DNA of 64,000 bases from positions 177 to 64,176 of the forward strand of contig JAPORH010000130.1 of assembly GCA_026710325.1 (NCBI GenBank). The letters run 5' to 3'. Shown here piece by piece: positions 9,426-19,817 of the stretch. The notes beneath the pieces are model-generated. The model was not told the origin of the DNA. It saw nothing but the letters and a program-made list of their open reading frames with translations, and did not search any database. This stretch comes from Litoreibacter sp. GTDB taxonomy: Bacteria; Pseudomonadota; Alphaproteobacteria; Rhodobacterales; Rhodobacteraceae. A program made the translations under genes and the position numbers. Position 1 is the first letter of the stretch. Each line of letters opens with the position of its first letter.

Positions 9426-10130
9426 TCAGCGTCGCAGTGGGAGCACAGCAAATACAAAAATAAGCGTGGCTGCAACACCCGCAAAGGCTGCCAGGAGCGC
9501 GGCGTCGTTCAAATTCGCGACCGCAATTGCGGCGAACCCCCAGGCGGCAGCGAGGCCGTAGGTCCAGATGCCGTATGCGTGCCGCTGTATGAAGAACGCG
9601 AAGGCCAATGCCAGGGACAGCGCGATGACGGCCCAACTCGTTTCCGCAAAGAGCACACCATACCCGGCACCAAGAAGCCCAACAGAAACAAAAGAGGCGG
9701 CACTGAGCCACCCTGCGTAAAGGCCCAATGGAAGCGATAAGGCCCAGGCTGGCCCGGCCGCTTGGGCGCGCAGCATTGCGAGTAACGCGCCTGCCAGCAT
9801 CACCCAAATCATCACCGTCGCCCAAACGGGTGAGATGAGTGCAACTGGCAACCAGAAGCTGCCGACAGCAAGGCTCACAAAAAGTGGCCACCGCGCAGCG
9901 TCCCATGCCGGGTCAGCGCGATGCCGCCAGACCCCGATCACAGCCGACAAGAGCAACCACAGGTAAATGATGCCCCAAATGGCAAAAGCATAGCCTGCCG
10001 GTTGTACCGGTGGGTTGCGCTGCGGGATCGGGTAGCGCTCGGGATCGAACCCACCAAATTCGGGATTGAGAAAGGGCGAGACCGCAAAGGCCACGCTGGC
10101 AAGTAAAATGAGAATTGCGCGTAGGGTCAT
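9426..10130 (-). CDS. TspO/tryptophan-rich-sensory-protein-like membrane protein
   Basis: Multiple TM helices; PPVQPAGYAFAIWGIIY motif. Confidence 0.6.
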   Translation of the reverse strand: MTLRAILILLASVAFAVSPFLNPEFGGFDPERYPIPQRNPPVQPAGYAFAIWGIIYLWLLLSAVIGVWRHRADPAWDAARWPLFVSLAVGSFWLPVALISPVWATVMIWVMLAGALLAMLRAQAAGPAWALSLPLGLYAGWLSAASFVSVGLLGAGYGVLFAETSWAVIALSLALAFAFFIQRHAYGIWTYGLAAAWGFAAIAVANLNDAALLAAFAGVAATLIFVFAVLPLRR

Positions 10131-10160
10131 GCGTTTATTAAGGCGCGAAACGCCAATTGG

Positions 10161-10212
10161 TTTCCATTTGGTCCAAAATACTCTGGGGAGCGCGAGGGGT
10201 AAAACCCCTCGC
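10161..10212. repeat. REP-like intergenic hairpin element
   Basis: Perfect stem GCGAGGGGT-AAA-ACCCCTCGC (10192-10212) preceded by TTTCCATTTGGTCCAAAATACTCTGGGG, resembling short intergenic repeats I recall from Rhodobacteraceae; may also act as the serS terminator. Confidence 0.4.
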
Positions 10213-10247
10213 TTATCACGACGCGGGCGAAGCCGCGGCGCAATCCC

Positions 10248-11540
10248 TCAGACGAGCGTACCGAAAGGCGACAAAACGGATTTGCCACCAAGATAGGGGT
10301 GCAAAGCAGAGGGCAATTCCACCGAGCCGTCTTCTTGTTGCCCGTTTTCCAAGACTGCAATCAAACAGCGCCCCACAGCCAGGCCGGACCCATTCAGCGT
10401 ATGGACAAATTCCGGCTTCCCGCCACCTGCGGGCTTGAAGCGGGCATTCATGCGCCGCGCTTGAAAATCACCGCAGACCGAGCAGGAGCTGATTTCGCGG
10501 TATTTGCCTTGGCCCGGAAGCCAGACCTCGATGTCATGGGTGCGACGCGCGCCGAACCCCATGTCCCCGGTGCAGAGCACAACGGTGCGGTAAGGCAATA
10601 GCAAAGCCTCCAGAATGCCTTGGGCGCATTCCGTCATCCGGTCCAGCTCTGCACGGCTTTCATCGGGATGGGTCACCGAGACCATCTCGACCTTCTCGAA
10701 CTGGTGTTGGCGGAGCATGCCGGCCGTGTCGCGTCCTGCGCTACCTGCCTCTGAGCGGAAGCATTGCGAATGCGCGGTGTAGCGGCGGGGCAGGTAGCTT
10801 TCCTCGATCGTGGCGCCGTTGACGATATTTGTCAGCGTTACCTCAGAGGTGGGGATCAGCCACATCCCCTCGCGGGTCTGATAGCTGTCCTCACCGAACT
10901 TGGGCAACTGACCTGTCCCGTACATCATCGCTTCATTGACCAGCACCGGTGTCCAGGTTTCGGTCAACCCGTTTTGCTCGGTATGGGTGTCGAGCATAAA
11001 TTGGGCGAGGGCGCGGTGAATACGGGCCACGGCACCAGACAGCAGCACGAAACGCGCGCCAGAAAGTTTGGCGGCGGTCTCGAAATCCATGCCGTCTTTG
11101 ACCGAAGGCAGCTCGTAATGCTCCTTGGGTATGAATGGGAAGCTTCGCGGCGTCCCCCAGCGGTGGATTTCGACATTGTCCTCTTCATCCTCGCCTTCGG
11201 GGACATCCTCATAGGGGATGTTGGGCAGGCCCATCAAAAGCTCGGTGAGCTTGTCATCTTCAAGCTTCGCCTCTTCGCCGAGACGCGCAACGGCGGCTTT
11301 TTTCTCGGTCACTAGCGCGCGGAGCCGTTCAAACTCCGCCTCGTCGCCCTTCGCTTTGGCGGCGCCGACTTCTTTGCTGGCGGCGTTTTGGGCAGCGCGC
11401 GCTTCTTCCGCTTCAGCGATCTTTGCGCGGCGCGCGGCATCGATGGCCAACACATCGGCGGAGGAGATGTCGGACTTCCGCAGCTTCATAGCGGCGTCAA
11501 AGACCTCGGGGGTCTCGCGGATCATGCGAATGTCATGCAT
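10248..11540 (-). CDS. serS: Serine--tRNA ligase
   Basis: N-terminal coiled coil; [41 protein letters not shown]. Confidence 0.98.
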   Translation of the reverse strand: MHDIRMIRETPEVFDAAMKLRKSDISSADVLAIDAARRAKIAEAEEARAAQNAASKEVGAAKAKGDEAEFERLRALVTEKKAAVARLGEEAKLEDDKLTELLMGLPNIPYEDVPEGEDEEDNVEIHRWGTPRSFPFIPKEHYELPSVKDGMDFETAAKLSGARFVLLSGAVARIHRALAQFMLDTHTEQNGLTETWTPVLVNEAMMYGTGQLPKFGEDSYQTREGMWLIPTSEVTLTNIVNGATIEESYLPRRYTAHSQCFRSEAGSAGRDTAGMLRQHQFEKVEMVSVTHPDESRAELDRMTECAQGILEALLLPYRTVVLCTGDMGFGARRTHDIEVWLPGQGKYREISSCSVCGDFQARRMNARFKPAGGGKPEFVHTLNGSGLAVGRCLIAVLENGQQEDGSVELPSALHPYLGGKSVLSPFGTLV

Positions 11541-11629
11541 GGCTCAAGTCCTTTTAGTGTTTTGGTTCGCGGGCCGTTCGTGCCCGTGCCGGGGGGATAA
11601 AAGCCTTTTTTGGTAAATGCCAGTTAAAG

Positions 11630-12364
11630 CTAGCGAAACGTGTCAGGAAAAATCGCAGGCAACCGGTCCTGATCAATGCGCACCGCGACACCTTTGATGT
11701 CATCGCGTTTGGTCCCGGTGCGTGCGACGACGACCCCGGCCACCTGCCATTCACCGTCAATCTGCTTTAGTACCGGCCCGCCGGAGGTGCCGGATTGAAC
11801 GGCGCAACTAAGACCCAGAAAGCGCGGGTCCCGTAAAATTACGGCGCAGCCGACATAGTCAACCAGCACCTCTTTACTGTCTTTCTGGTAGCCAAGTACG
11901 CTGACCGCCCCGCTCATATCTTGCACCATACTGACATGCGCCTGCATGAGCTGCGGCATCGGGTGCTTCAGGCTCACAAGGGCGACGTCATACTCAAAAA
12001 GGTCAAGAGGCAGTGTGGCTTTGTCGTTCAGCGCGTCCAGATAGCGCGGATGCACGTCGATGCGCGCCGCAAAGGAGGAGGCGACCTCCTCCCCATCATG
12101 TAATCCTGCGCGGAACCTGACGCGATGAAATGGTGCAATGCGGCGGCTGTCTGGATTTACCACGCAATGCGCGGCGGTCAGCACTTTGTCTGGTGCGATC
12201 AGCGTGCCGGTGCACAGACCGAGCTTGTCATAGCCATGGCTGACTTGGCCAATAAAAGGCCACTCGCCCCGGGCGTCCTGCGAGATCGAGAGCTGCAACT
12301 GCTCCGCATGCGCAGCGGTGCCGCTTAACAAAGCCAGAAAAACGAACAGAACGTGACGCCGCAT
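11630..12364 (-). CDS. Secreted trypsin-like (V8-type) serine peptidase
   Basis: Signal peptide from MRRHVLF (ATG 12364); catalytic triad motifs VLTAAHC, YDVALV, GTSGGP. Confidence 0.85.
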   Translation of the reverse strand: MRRHVLFVFLALLSGTAAHAEQLQLSISQDARGEWPFIGQVSHGYDKLGLCTGTLIAPDKVLTAAHCVVNPDSRRIAPFHRVRFRAGLHDGEEVASSFAARIDVHPRYLDALNDKATLPLDLFEYDVALVSLKHPMPQLMQAHVSMVQDMSGAVSVLGYQKDSKEVLVDYVGCAVILRDPRFLGLSCAVQSGTSGGPVLKQIDGEWQVAGVVVARTGTKRDDIKGVAVRIDQDRLPAIFPDTFR

Positions 12365-12645
12365 GAAGATCAAAACCTCGATTTGCGCCACACCGTATGC
12401 ATGCGGTCTCAGCACGTAAAGACACGAGTACGATAGCGCACCTGCTGCAATAAAGCGGTGTTTTTCGTGCCAAATCCAAAAACCGCGGCACCTTGCATGG
12501 AAAGCCCAGCAAAGATGCTTATCTGACGATAAGAGGCGCGTGGGAGGGGCCGGTTTCAGATTGCACCTCCCTCCGGTTGGACCTAGGGTGCGCCGCAACG
12601 TCAAACGGGCCTTCCAAGAGCCCTGAAATCAAGAAGGGTTAATAG

Positions 12646-12972
12646 ATGCTCGTCTCTCCAGCTTATGCACAAGCCGCCGGGGGCGCCGGGGCTGGCTTCG
12701 CCCAGTTCGTACCGCTGATCCTGATCTTTGCGATCATGTATTTCTTGCTGATCCGACCCCAGCAAAAGAAGGTCAAAGAGCACGCTGCCATGGTTGAAGC
12801 CGTGCGCCGGGGCGACCAAATCGTCACGCAAGGCGGTATCATCGGCAAAGTGTCCAAAGTGGGGGCCGAGGGCTCCAATGAGGTCGAGGTTGAGATCGCC
12901 AAAGACGTCAAAGTGCGGATCGTAAAGACCACGATTGCACAGGTGATGAACAAGACCGAGCCTGCGAAGTAA
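12646..12972 (+). CDS. yajC: Preprotein translocase YajC
   Basis: YFLLIRPQQKK, RGDQIVTQGGIIG. Confidence 0.96.
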   Translation: MLVSPAYAQAAGGAGAGFAQFVPLILIFAIMYFLLIRPQQKKVKEHAAMVEAVRRGDQIVTQGGIIGKVSKVGAEGSNEVEVEIAKDVKVRIVKTTIAQVMNKTEPAK

Positions 12973-12973
12973 C

Positions 12974-14665
12974 ATGCTCCAGCTCTCGCTCTTCTCTCGG
13001 ATCAGCATTTGGCTGACCGTGGCCGTCGGCATTTTGCTGGCTTCGCCCAATTTTTTTTACACCACGGTGGAGAAGCATAATGACGCGATCGCCTATATCG
13101 AGACGGGCGTCTCGCCCAATGCCGCAACAGCTGAGCTGAGCGCGGAAGAGCTGGAGGCAGACGCGGCCGGTTGGCCTGGTTTCATGCCCTCGTCGCTGGT
13201 GAACCTTGGGCTCGACCTGCGCGGCGGGGCGCATCTTCTGGCTGAGGTGCAAGTCGAAGACGTTTATAGCGACCGTATGGACGGTTATTGGCTGAACGTG
13301 CGCGAGGCGTTGCGTGGCGAGCGAGATACCGTTGGCACGATCAGGCGGTTGCCATCTCCGGATGATGAATTGCGGGTGCGCATCTCCAACCCAGCCGGGA
13401 TGGAGCGCGCGTTGCAGCTTGTGCGTGGGACAGCCACCTCAGTGGTCTCGCTCACAGGGGTCGGATCGACCGATATCATTGCAAGGGCAGAAGGCGATGT
13501 GATCACCATCACGATGTCTGATGCAGAAAAAGACGCCACAAATGATCGCACGATCCAGCAGTCGCTGGAGATTATCCGCCGCCGGGTTGACGAGGTCGGC
13601 ACGCGGGAGCCTACGATCCAGCGGCAGGGCGAGCGCCGTATTCTGATCCAGGTGCCGGGTATTGGTTCTGCACAGCAGCTCAAAGACCTGATCGGCACCA
13701 CGGCCAAGCTGACTTTCCATCCGGTGGTAGGCCCCGCCAGCCCCGGCGATAGCCCCGGGCCGCGCAATGTCATTTACCCTTCGATTGACCCGCAAGATGC
13801 AGGTCAGCTCTATGAGCTTGAGCAATCGCCCGTTGTGACGGGCGAGGAGCTTGCAGACAGCCAGCCAGCTTTCGACCAAAACGGGCTTCCGTCCGTGACA
13901 TTCCGGTTCAATCCGTCGGGCGCGCGCAAGTTTGGTATCTACACGTCAGAAAATGTGGGTTCCCCCTTTGCGATTGTGTTGGATGAGGAAGTGATTTCCG
14001 CCCCCGTGATCCGGGAGGCGATCACCGGCGGTTCTGGCCAAATCTCGGGGAATTTTACGATTGAGGAATCGACAAATCTCGCGGTGCTGCTGCGCGCAGG
14101 CGCGCTACCGGCGGAGATGACCTTTTTGGAAGAGCGCACCATTGGCCCGGAACTGGGTCAGGACAGCATTGAGGCGGGTCAGATTGCCTGTATCGTGGCC
14201 TTCATCATGGTGCTGGTCTTCATGTTCCTCAGCTACGGTACCTTTGGGCTCTTCGCCAATATCGCGCTTATATTGAACGTGGGGATGATCTTCGGGCTGT
14301 TGTCCCTGATCGGGGCCACGCTGACCTTGCCGGGCATCGCCGGTATCGTTCTGACCATCGGTATGGCGGTGGATGCCAACGTGCTTGTGTTCGAGCGCAT
14401 CCGTGAGGAATTGCGTACCGCCAAAGGTCCGGCACGGGCCATTGAGCTGGGCTATGAGAAAGCGCTGTCCGCGATTTTGGACGCCAATATCACGACATTC
14501 ATCACGGCGGTGATCCTCTTTGCCATGGGCTCCGGCCCGGTTCGGGGCTTCGCGATCACACTTGGTTTGGGCATCCTGACCTCGGTCTTCACCGCGATTT
14601 ATGTGACCCGCATCATGGTCATCATGTGGTTCGAGCGCAAACGCCCGAAAACGCTGGAGGTTTAA
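12974..14665 (+). CDS. secD: Protein translocase SecD
   Basis: NLGLDLRGG, RRRVDE.G.REP, GMAVDANVL.FERIREE. Confidence 0.97.
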   Translation: MLQLSLFSRISIWLTVAVGILLASPNFFYTTVEKHNDAIAYIETGVSPNAATAELSAEELEADAAGWPGFMPSSLVNLGLDLRGGAHLLAEVQVEDVYSDRMDGYWLNVREALRGERDTVGTIRRLPSPDDELRVRISNPAGMERALQLVRGTATSVVSLTGVGSTDIIARAEGDVITITMSDAEKDATNDRTIQQSLEIIRRRVDEVGTREPTIQRQGERRILIQVPGIGSAQQLKDLIGTTAKLTFHPVVGPASPGDSPGPRNVIYPSIDPQDAGQLYELEQSPVVTGEELADSQPAFDQNGLPSVTFRFNPSGARKFGIYTSENVGSPFAIVLDEEVISAPVIREAITGGSGQISGNFTIEESTNLAVLLRAGALPAEMTFLEERTIGPELGQDSIEAGQIACIVAFIMVLVFMFLSYGTFGLFANIALILNVGMIFGLLSLIGATLTLPGIAGIVLTIGMAVDANVLVFERIREELRTAKGPARAIELGYEKALSAILDANITTFITAVILFAMGSGPVRGFAITLGLGILTSVFTAIYVTRIMVIMWFERKRPKTLEV

Positions 14666-14668
14666 GCG

Positions 14669-15643
14669 ATGCGGTTGAAACTGGTCCCCGAGCAAACCTC
14701 TTTTGATTTCTTTTCCAAGGCGAAATTCACCCTTGGCCTATCGATCCTGCTGATCCTTGTGGGGTTCGCCTCCTTTATCATTCAGGGGCTTAACTATGGG
14801 ATCGACTTCCGGGGTGGGACGACCATCCGCACGGAATCGACCACGGAAGTTGATGTTGCCGCCTTCCGGGAGGCCTTGGCGCCGCTGGAGCTTGGCGATA
14901 TCTCGATCACCGAGGTGTTTGATCCAACCTTCCCGGAAGACAAAAATGTCGCCATGATCCGGATCGAGGCTCAGGAAGGTGACGAAAGCGTCACGGGCGC
15001 CACGATTGAGCGGGTTGAGGTGGCGTTGCGCGCCTTTGATCCGGGGATGACGTTTCCGTTTCCATCCGTGGAATCGGTGGGGCCGAAAGTCTCGGGTGAG
15101 CTGATCCAGACCGCGGCCATTGCCGTTATTCTCGCGATTGCGGCGGTGCTGTTCTACATCTGGCTGAGGTTCGAATGGCAGTTTGCATTGGGTGCGGTCG
15201 CGGCCCTTGTCCATGACGTGATCCTGACTTTGGGCATATTTTCAGAGCTACAGATCAAGTTTGACCTGGCCATTATCGCAGCGCTTCTGACCATCGTGGG
15301 CTATTCGCTCAATGACACCGTGGTCGTATTCGACCGTGTGCGGGAGAACCTGCGCAAGTATAAGAAGAAAGAGCTGAAAGACGTGCTCAACATCTCGATC
15401 AACGAGACTTTGGCGCGGACCTTCATGACCTCGGTTACCACGCTTTTGGCGCTGATTTCGCTCTATGTATTGGGCGGTGACGTGATCCGTGGCTTTGTCT
15501 TCGCGATGATCTGGGGCGTGATTGTGGGGACCTATTCCTCGATCTTCGTAGCCTCGGCAATCCTGCTCTATCTGGGCGTGAAGCGCGATTGGTCGAAGCC
15601 GGACGCCAATCAGGGCAACCAATTCGCCAATATCGACGCCTGA
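14669..15643 (+). CDS. secF: Protein translocase SecF
   Basis: YGIDFRGG, GYSLNDTVVVFDRVRE, GTYSSIFVA. Confidence 0.97.
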   Translation: MRLKLVPEQTSFDFFSKAKFTLGLSILLILVGFASFIIQGLNYGIDFRGGTTIRTESTTEVDVAAFREALAPLELGDISITEVFDPTFPEDKNVAMIRIEAQEGDESVTGATIERVEVALRAFDPGMTFPFPSVESVGPKVSGELIQTAAIAVILAIAAVLFYIWLRFEWQFALGAVAALVHDVILTLGIFSELQIKFDLAIIAALLTIVGYSLNDTVVVFDRVRENLRKYKKKELKDVLNISINETLARTFMTSVTTLLALISLYVLGGDVIRGFVFAMIWGVIVGTYSSIFVASAILLYLGVKRDWSKPDANQGNQFANIDA

Positions 15644-15659
15644 TCAGGGGAGGCCGCAG

Positions 15660-16013
15660 ATGAAGATGATCGAGATCGACTACGACGCGGCCAAGCCCAT
15701 TGATAGCTATGGCGACGGGTTTTTCCGCGTGGATGGGGAAGTGCATCAGGGCCCCATGCTGATCTTTCCCGACGCAGTGCTGGGGTGGGGCGGGTATGAT
15801 GACACGACCGCACTCCTTGCCAATGCGGGCAAGTTCGATGTGCTATTTGTCGGCACCGGCGCGGATATCGCGCATATTCCGGCAAAACTGCGTCAGGTTC
15901 TGGAAGAGGCCGGTTTGGGCGTCGAGCAAATGTCGACGCCGTCGGCCTGCCGTACCTACAATGTGCTTCTGAGCGAAGGGCGCCGCATTGGAGCGGCGCT
16001 GCTGCCGGTCTAG
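15660..16013 (+). CDS. Mth938-like domain protein
   Basis: IDSYGDG, VLFVGTG, TPSACRTYNVLLSEGR. Confidence 0.9.
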   Translation: MKMIEIDYDAAKPIDSYGDGFFRVDGEVHQGPMLIFPDAVLGWGGYDDTTALLANAGKFDVLFVGTGADIAHIPAKLRQVLEEAGLGVEQMSTPSACRTYNVLLSEGRRIGAALLPV

Positions 16014-16666
16014 ATTAATCCCGACAGCAGCCGTTCGGCTTCAACCTTGGTGGGTGTGAGCTTGTTGCGGTCCTCGCCCGGGTAGAACCGGGCTCGGGTG
16101 GCCGTGGGCATAGGCCTGGGGTCAAGTATATGAACTTCGACCTGCGTGGCTTTCTGCTCATCCTGCCAACTACGCGCGAGCCGCATTTGCGCGGCTTTGG
16201 TGAGCCCGTAGGTGGCGTGATAGCGCTCTGATTTTACACGATCGTTGAAGAACACAGCCTTGCCTTGGGCGGCCTTAAGCAAAGGTTCAGTATTGGCGAT
16301 CAGTTGGGCCGTTGCTGTGACGTTGCCCGTCAGTGATTTCTGCAGATCTTTCGCGTCCATATGCGCCGTGGGGCAAAGCGGGGCCGCGTGGATCGCGGCA
16401 TGCACCATCAGGTCGATTTTGCCCCAACGATCAAAGATCGAGCGGCAAATCTGCTTCATCGCGTCGTCGTTGGTCAGATCAACCGGCACCAGCGTGGCGG
16501 AGCCACCCGCGGCCTGAATGCGGTCATCCAACTCTTCCAGCGCGCCGGTGGTGCGCGCGATTGCGATCACATTATAGCCGTTTTGCGCAAGATATTCGGC
16601 GCATGCTGCACCGAGGCCGCGAGACGCACCGGTGACCAGGGCCAGTTTTTCTGATGTTTTCGTCAT
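16010..16666 (-). CDS. Short-chain dehydrogenase/reductase
   Basis: ALVTGASRGLG; YGLTK (YxxxK); start moved to MTKTSEK (ATG 16666). Confidence 0.9.
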   Translation of the reverse strand: MTKTSEKLALVTGASRGLGAACAEYLAQNGYNVIAIARTTGALEELDDRIQAAGGSATLVPVDLTNDDAMKQICRSIFDRWGKIDLMVHAAIHAAPLCPTAHMDAKDLQKSLTGNVTATAQLIANTEPLLKAAQGKAVFFNDRVKSERYHATYGLTKAAQMRLARSWQDEQKATQVEVHILDPRPMPTATRARFYPGEDRNKLTPTKVEAERLLSGLI

Positions 16667-16817
16667 GGGGCAGGGTGTGTCATCACTCATACCAAGGTTC
16701 AAGGGGCTTCGGGCCCGTCTTTCGCTGCCGTTAGCGCTATTTCCCCGGCCCTTTGCTTGACAAGCCTCGCTGCGCTGCCGAAAAGCAAAGAAAGAAAAAC
16801 ACTGAGGGAAGTTCGAC

Positions 16818-17396
16818 ATGACCTTTATGCAAGCCGCAACCGGCGCTGATACGTTGCTGAAAAAGACGCTGATGGTGATGGGCGGCTCGCTGTTCATTGC
16901 GATCGCGGCGCAATTCTCGGTTCCATTCATCCCGGTACCTTTGACGCTTCAAACCTTGGCCATTCTGATCGTGGGGCTGTCCTTTGGGTCGCGTCTTGGG
17001 GCTCTGACAGTTGTCGCCTACCTTCTTGAGGGTGCCGCAGGTTTGCCCGTCTTTGCCAATGGTGGCAGCGCGCCTGCGTTGGTTGGCCCGACCGCGGGCT
17101 TCCTGATTGGCTTTGTCGCACTGGCTTATATAGCGGGCTGGTTTGCTGAACGGACCCGCAATGTGGTGGCCCTGATCGCGGGCGCTCTGATCGCTTCTGC
17201 CGTGCTCTACATCCCGGGCGTTGCCTGGCCTATGTATCTGGCTGAAATCGCGGGCATCGAGGGCAAATGGGTTGCCTCCTCCGCCTCTTCGATCTGGACC
17301 TACTGGGTGAGCCCATTCCTGATTGGTGACGCGGTCAAAGCGGTTCTGGCCGTATTGGTTGTCACCGGTGCGTTGAAAGCGCTGAAAAAGGCCTAA
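16818..17396 (+). CDS. bioY: Biotin transporter BioY
   Basis: PVPLTLQT, GAAGLPVFA, GPTAGFL.GF, PFLIGD; no bioM/bioN beside it. Confidence 0.93.
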   Translation: MTFMQAATGADTLLKKTLMVMGGSLFIAIAAQFSVPFIPVPLTLQTLAILIVGLSFGSRLGALTVVAYLLEGAAGLPVFANGGSAPALVGPTAGFLIGFVALAYIAGWFAERTRNVVALIAGALIASAVLYIPGVAWPMYLAEIAGIEGKWVASSASSIWTYWVSPFLIGDAVKAVLAVLVVTGALKALKKA

Positions 17397-17417
17397 GGCC
17401 ACATCAATAACGAAATT

Positions 17418-17443
17418 GACGCCGTCCGAAGTCGGGCGGCGTT
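17418..17443. terminator. Likely bidirectional intrinsic terminator
   Basis: GACGCCGTCCG-AAGT-CGGGCGGCGTT with T-rich tails on both strands. Confidence 0.7.
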
Positions 17444-17487
17444 TTGCGTTTTAATCCCACCTTTTGAGTTGAAGTCAGCGCGTCTTG

Positions 17488-17550
17488 CTACTGCATCGTG
17501 CCAAGCACAATGGCACCAAAGAACATCAACTCGATCATGAAAAGCCGCAT
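17488..17550 (-). CDS. Candidate 20-aa hydrophobic micro-protein
   Basis: ATG...TAG giving MRLFMIELMFFGAIVLGTMQ; AGGTGG 10 nt upstream; CtrA box about 54 nt upstream; terminator downstream. Confidence 0.35.
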   Translation of the reverse strand: MRLFMIELMFFGAIVLGTMQ

Positions 17551-17602
17551 ACTGCCCAACCACCTATAGTCACTCACCCCACTGGGACCGTCGGCTATAC
17601 TG

Positions 17603-17618
17603 GTTAATATTGGGTTAA
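17603..17618 (-). promoter_or_regulatory. CtrA binding box
   Basis: Minus strand TTAA-CCCAATA-TTAAC, full consensus. Confidence 0.65.
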
Positions 17619-17653
17619 TGCTCAATGGGAGCTTGAGAAACGCATTGTTTCTT

Positions 17654-19141
17654 CTATTCAGCGGCCTTCAACTCAAACCCTTTGGTGATTTGGTCGGAAG
17701 GGGCTACCGGGTATTCGCCGGAGAAACAAGCATCACAATATTGCGGCGCATCCGGGTCGCGCCCGCGCGCTTCGCCTACAGCACGGTAGAGCACGTCCAG
17801 CGAAATGAACTTCAAGGAGTCGACACCCAAATGGGTGCGCATTTCTTCTTCCGACATGGTTGCAGCGAGCAGCTTTTCCCGCTGCGGCGTGTCGACACCG
17901 TAGAAACAGGGCCATGCGGTCGGGGGGGAGGCGATGCGGAAATGGACCTCCGCCGCGCCCGCATCCAGGATCATCTCTTTGATCTTGCGGCTGGTGGTGC
18001 CGCGCACAACGGAATCGTCGACGAGAATAACGCGCTTGCCCTTGATCAGCGCCCGGTTGACGTTGAGCTTCAGGCGCACACCCATATTGCGGATCTGCTC
18101 TGTCGGCTCGATGAAAGTGCGGCCCATATATTGGTTGCGGATGATCCCCATGGCGTAGGGGATGCCTGAGGCCAGCGAATAGCCGATGGCTGCAGGCGTG
18201 CCGCTGTCAGGGACCGGGCAGACGATGTCGGCCTCTACAGGGCTTTCTAGCGCCAGTTCCCGCCCGATGTTTTCGCGCGTTTCATAGACGGAACGCCCGC
18301 CCAGAATGCTGTCGGGACGGGAGAAATAGACATGCTCGAAGATGCAGAAACGAGACTTCGCCGGACGGAACGGGAAATGGCTTTCGACACCTTGCTCCGT
18401 AATGACGACCATCTCGCCTGGCTCGATCTCCCGCACGAATTCCGCGCCGATAATGTCGAGCGCGCAGGTCTCCGAGCTGAGCGCCCAGCCGTCACCGATC
18501 TTGCCAAGGACCAGCGGGCGCACGCCAAGCGGGTCACGCACCCCGATGATCTTGGTGCGCGTCATCGCAACGACAGAGAACGCGCCCTCGACCTTGCGGA
18601 GCGCCTCTTCCATGCGGTCGGGGATCGTGCGGCCCATGGAGCGCGCCATTAGATGAATGATACATTCACTGTCGGACGAGCTTTGGAAGATTGAGCCGCG
18701 CTCCACCAGCTCGCGGCGCAGCGCATCTGCGTTGGTGATGTTGCCGTTATGTGCAATGGCAGCGCCGCCCATGGCGAACTCACCGAAGAACGGTTGCACG
18801 TCGCGGATCGCGGTTTGCCCTTTTGAGCCTGCCGTCGAGTAGCGCACATGGCCGATGGCAACGGAGCCCGGCAGGTGCTTCATCAAGGTCTCGGAGGTGA
18901 AATTGTCGCGCACATAGCCAAAGCGGCGCGCGGACTGGAACCCAGCCTGCGGGTCATGACTTACAATGCCGCCAGCCTCTTGCCCGCGATGTTGCAGCGC
19001 GTGGAGACCAAGGGCCACGAAATTGGCCGCATCGGCCACGCCGACCACGCCAAATATACCGCATTCTTCCTTGAGTTTGTCGTCGTCAAACGGATGTTCA
19101 AACCAACCGGGTTGGTCCTTCGAGGGGTCCACTTGGCGCAT
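17654..19141 (-). CDS. purF: Amidophosphoribosyltransferase
   Basis: EECGIFG, LQHRGQE, AHNGN, VDDSVVRGTTS, YCDACF; start moved to ATG 19141 (GGAG upstream). Confidence 0.97.
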   Translation of the reverse strand: MRQVDPSKDQPGWFEHPFDDDKLKEECGIFGVVGVADAANFVALGLHALQHRGQEAGGIVSHDPQAGFQSARRFGYVRDNFTSETLMKHLPGSVAIGHVRYSTAGSKGQTAIRDVQPFFGEFAMGGAAIAHNGNITNADALRRELVERGSIFQSSSDSECIIHLMARSMGRTIPDRMEEALRKVEGAFSVVAMTRTKIIGVRDPLGVRPLVLGKIGDGWALSSETCALDIIGAEFVREIEPGEMVVITEQGVESHFPFRPAKSRFCIFEHVYFSRPDSILGGRSVYETRENIGRELALESPVEADIVCPVPDSGTPAAIGYSLASGIPYAMGIIRNQYMGRTFIEPTEQIRNMGVRLKLNVNRALIKGKRVILVDDSVVRGTTSRKIKEMILDAGAAEVHFRIASPPTAWPCFYGVDTPQREKLLAATMSEEEMRTHLGVDSLKFISLDVLYRAVGEARGRDPDAPQYCDACFSGEYPVAPSDQITKGFELKAAE

Positions 19142-19265
19142 GGATGGCAGCTCCGAATCCGCGTGACAGCTTTGTGACAACAGATAGGGCAGGGCTGGCG
19201 AAAAGTCACCATGGGAGTTTCGCAGCCGTTGCCCTTGCACCACAGTATATGGCAAGTCTCGCGCC

Positions 19266-19817
19266 ATGACCCGCGTTATCTTGTTCAACAAGCCATTCAA
19301 TTGCCTGTCACAGTTTACCGATGGCGAAGGTGGAGACAGACAAACGCTGTCAGATTTCATCAATGTGCCTGATGTTTATGCAGCCGGACGGCTGGATCGC
19401 GACAGCGAGGGGCTGTTGGTCCTGACCGACAATGGCAAATTGCAGGCTCGGATTGCGCAGCCAAAGAACAAGATGCCGAAGACCTATCTTGCGCAAGTAG
19501 AAGGCGTGCCGGAGCCCGCCGCTTTGCAGGCGCTCGGACAAGGCGTTCAATTGAAAGATGGTATGACTGTGCCTGCCAAGGTCCGTATGGTGAGTGAGCC
19601 GGTTTGGATTTGGCCACGCACCCCGCCGGTCAGATACCGCAAATCCGTGCCGGATAGCTGGATTGAGCTTACGATCACAGAAGGCAAGAACCGGCAGGTG
19701 CGGCGGATGACGGCTGCTGTGGGGCACCCGACATTGCGACTGATCCGCACTTCAATCGGCAAATGGAGCCTTAGTGATTTGGCGTCCGGCGCTTGGAAAG
19801 ACGCGCCGAAACCTTAG
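19266..19817 (+). CDS. rluE: rRNA pseudouridine synthase (RluE-like)
   Basis: [39 protein letters not shown]. Confidence 0.85.
   Translation: MTRVILFNKPFNCLSQFTDGEGGDRQTLSDFINVPDVYAAGRLDRDSEGLLVLTDNGKLQARIAQPKNKMPKTYLAQVEGVPEPAALQALGQGVQLKDGMTVPAKVRMVSEPVWIWPRTPPVRYRKSVPDSWIELTITEGKNRQVRRMTAAVGHPTLRLIRTSIGKWSLSDLASGAWKDAPKP

Noticed and set aside
16667-16817. BioR or BirA operator upstream of bioY
   Set aside because: No TTAT-N2-ATAA-type palindrome seen; only a TTGACA -35-like hexamer.
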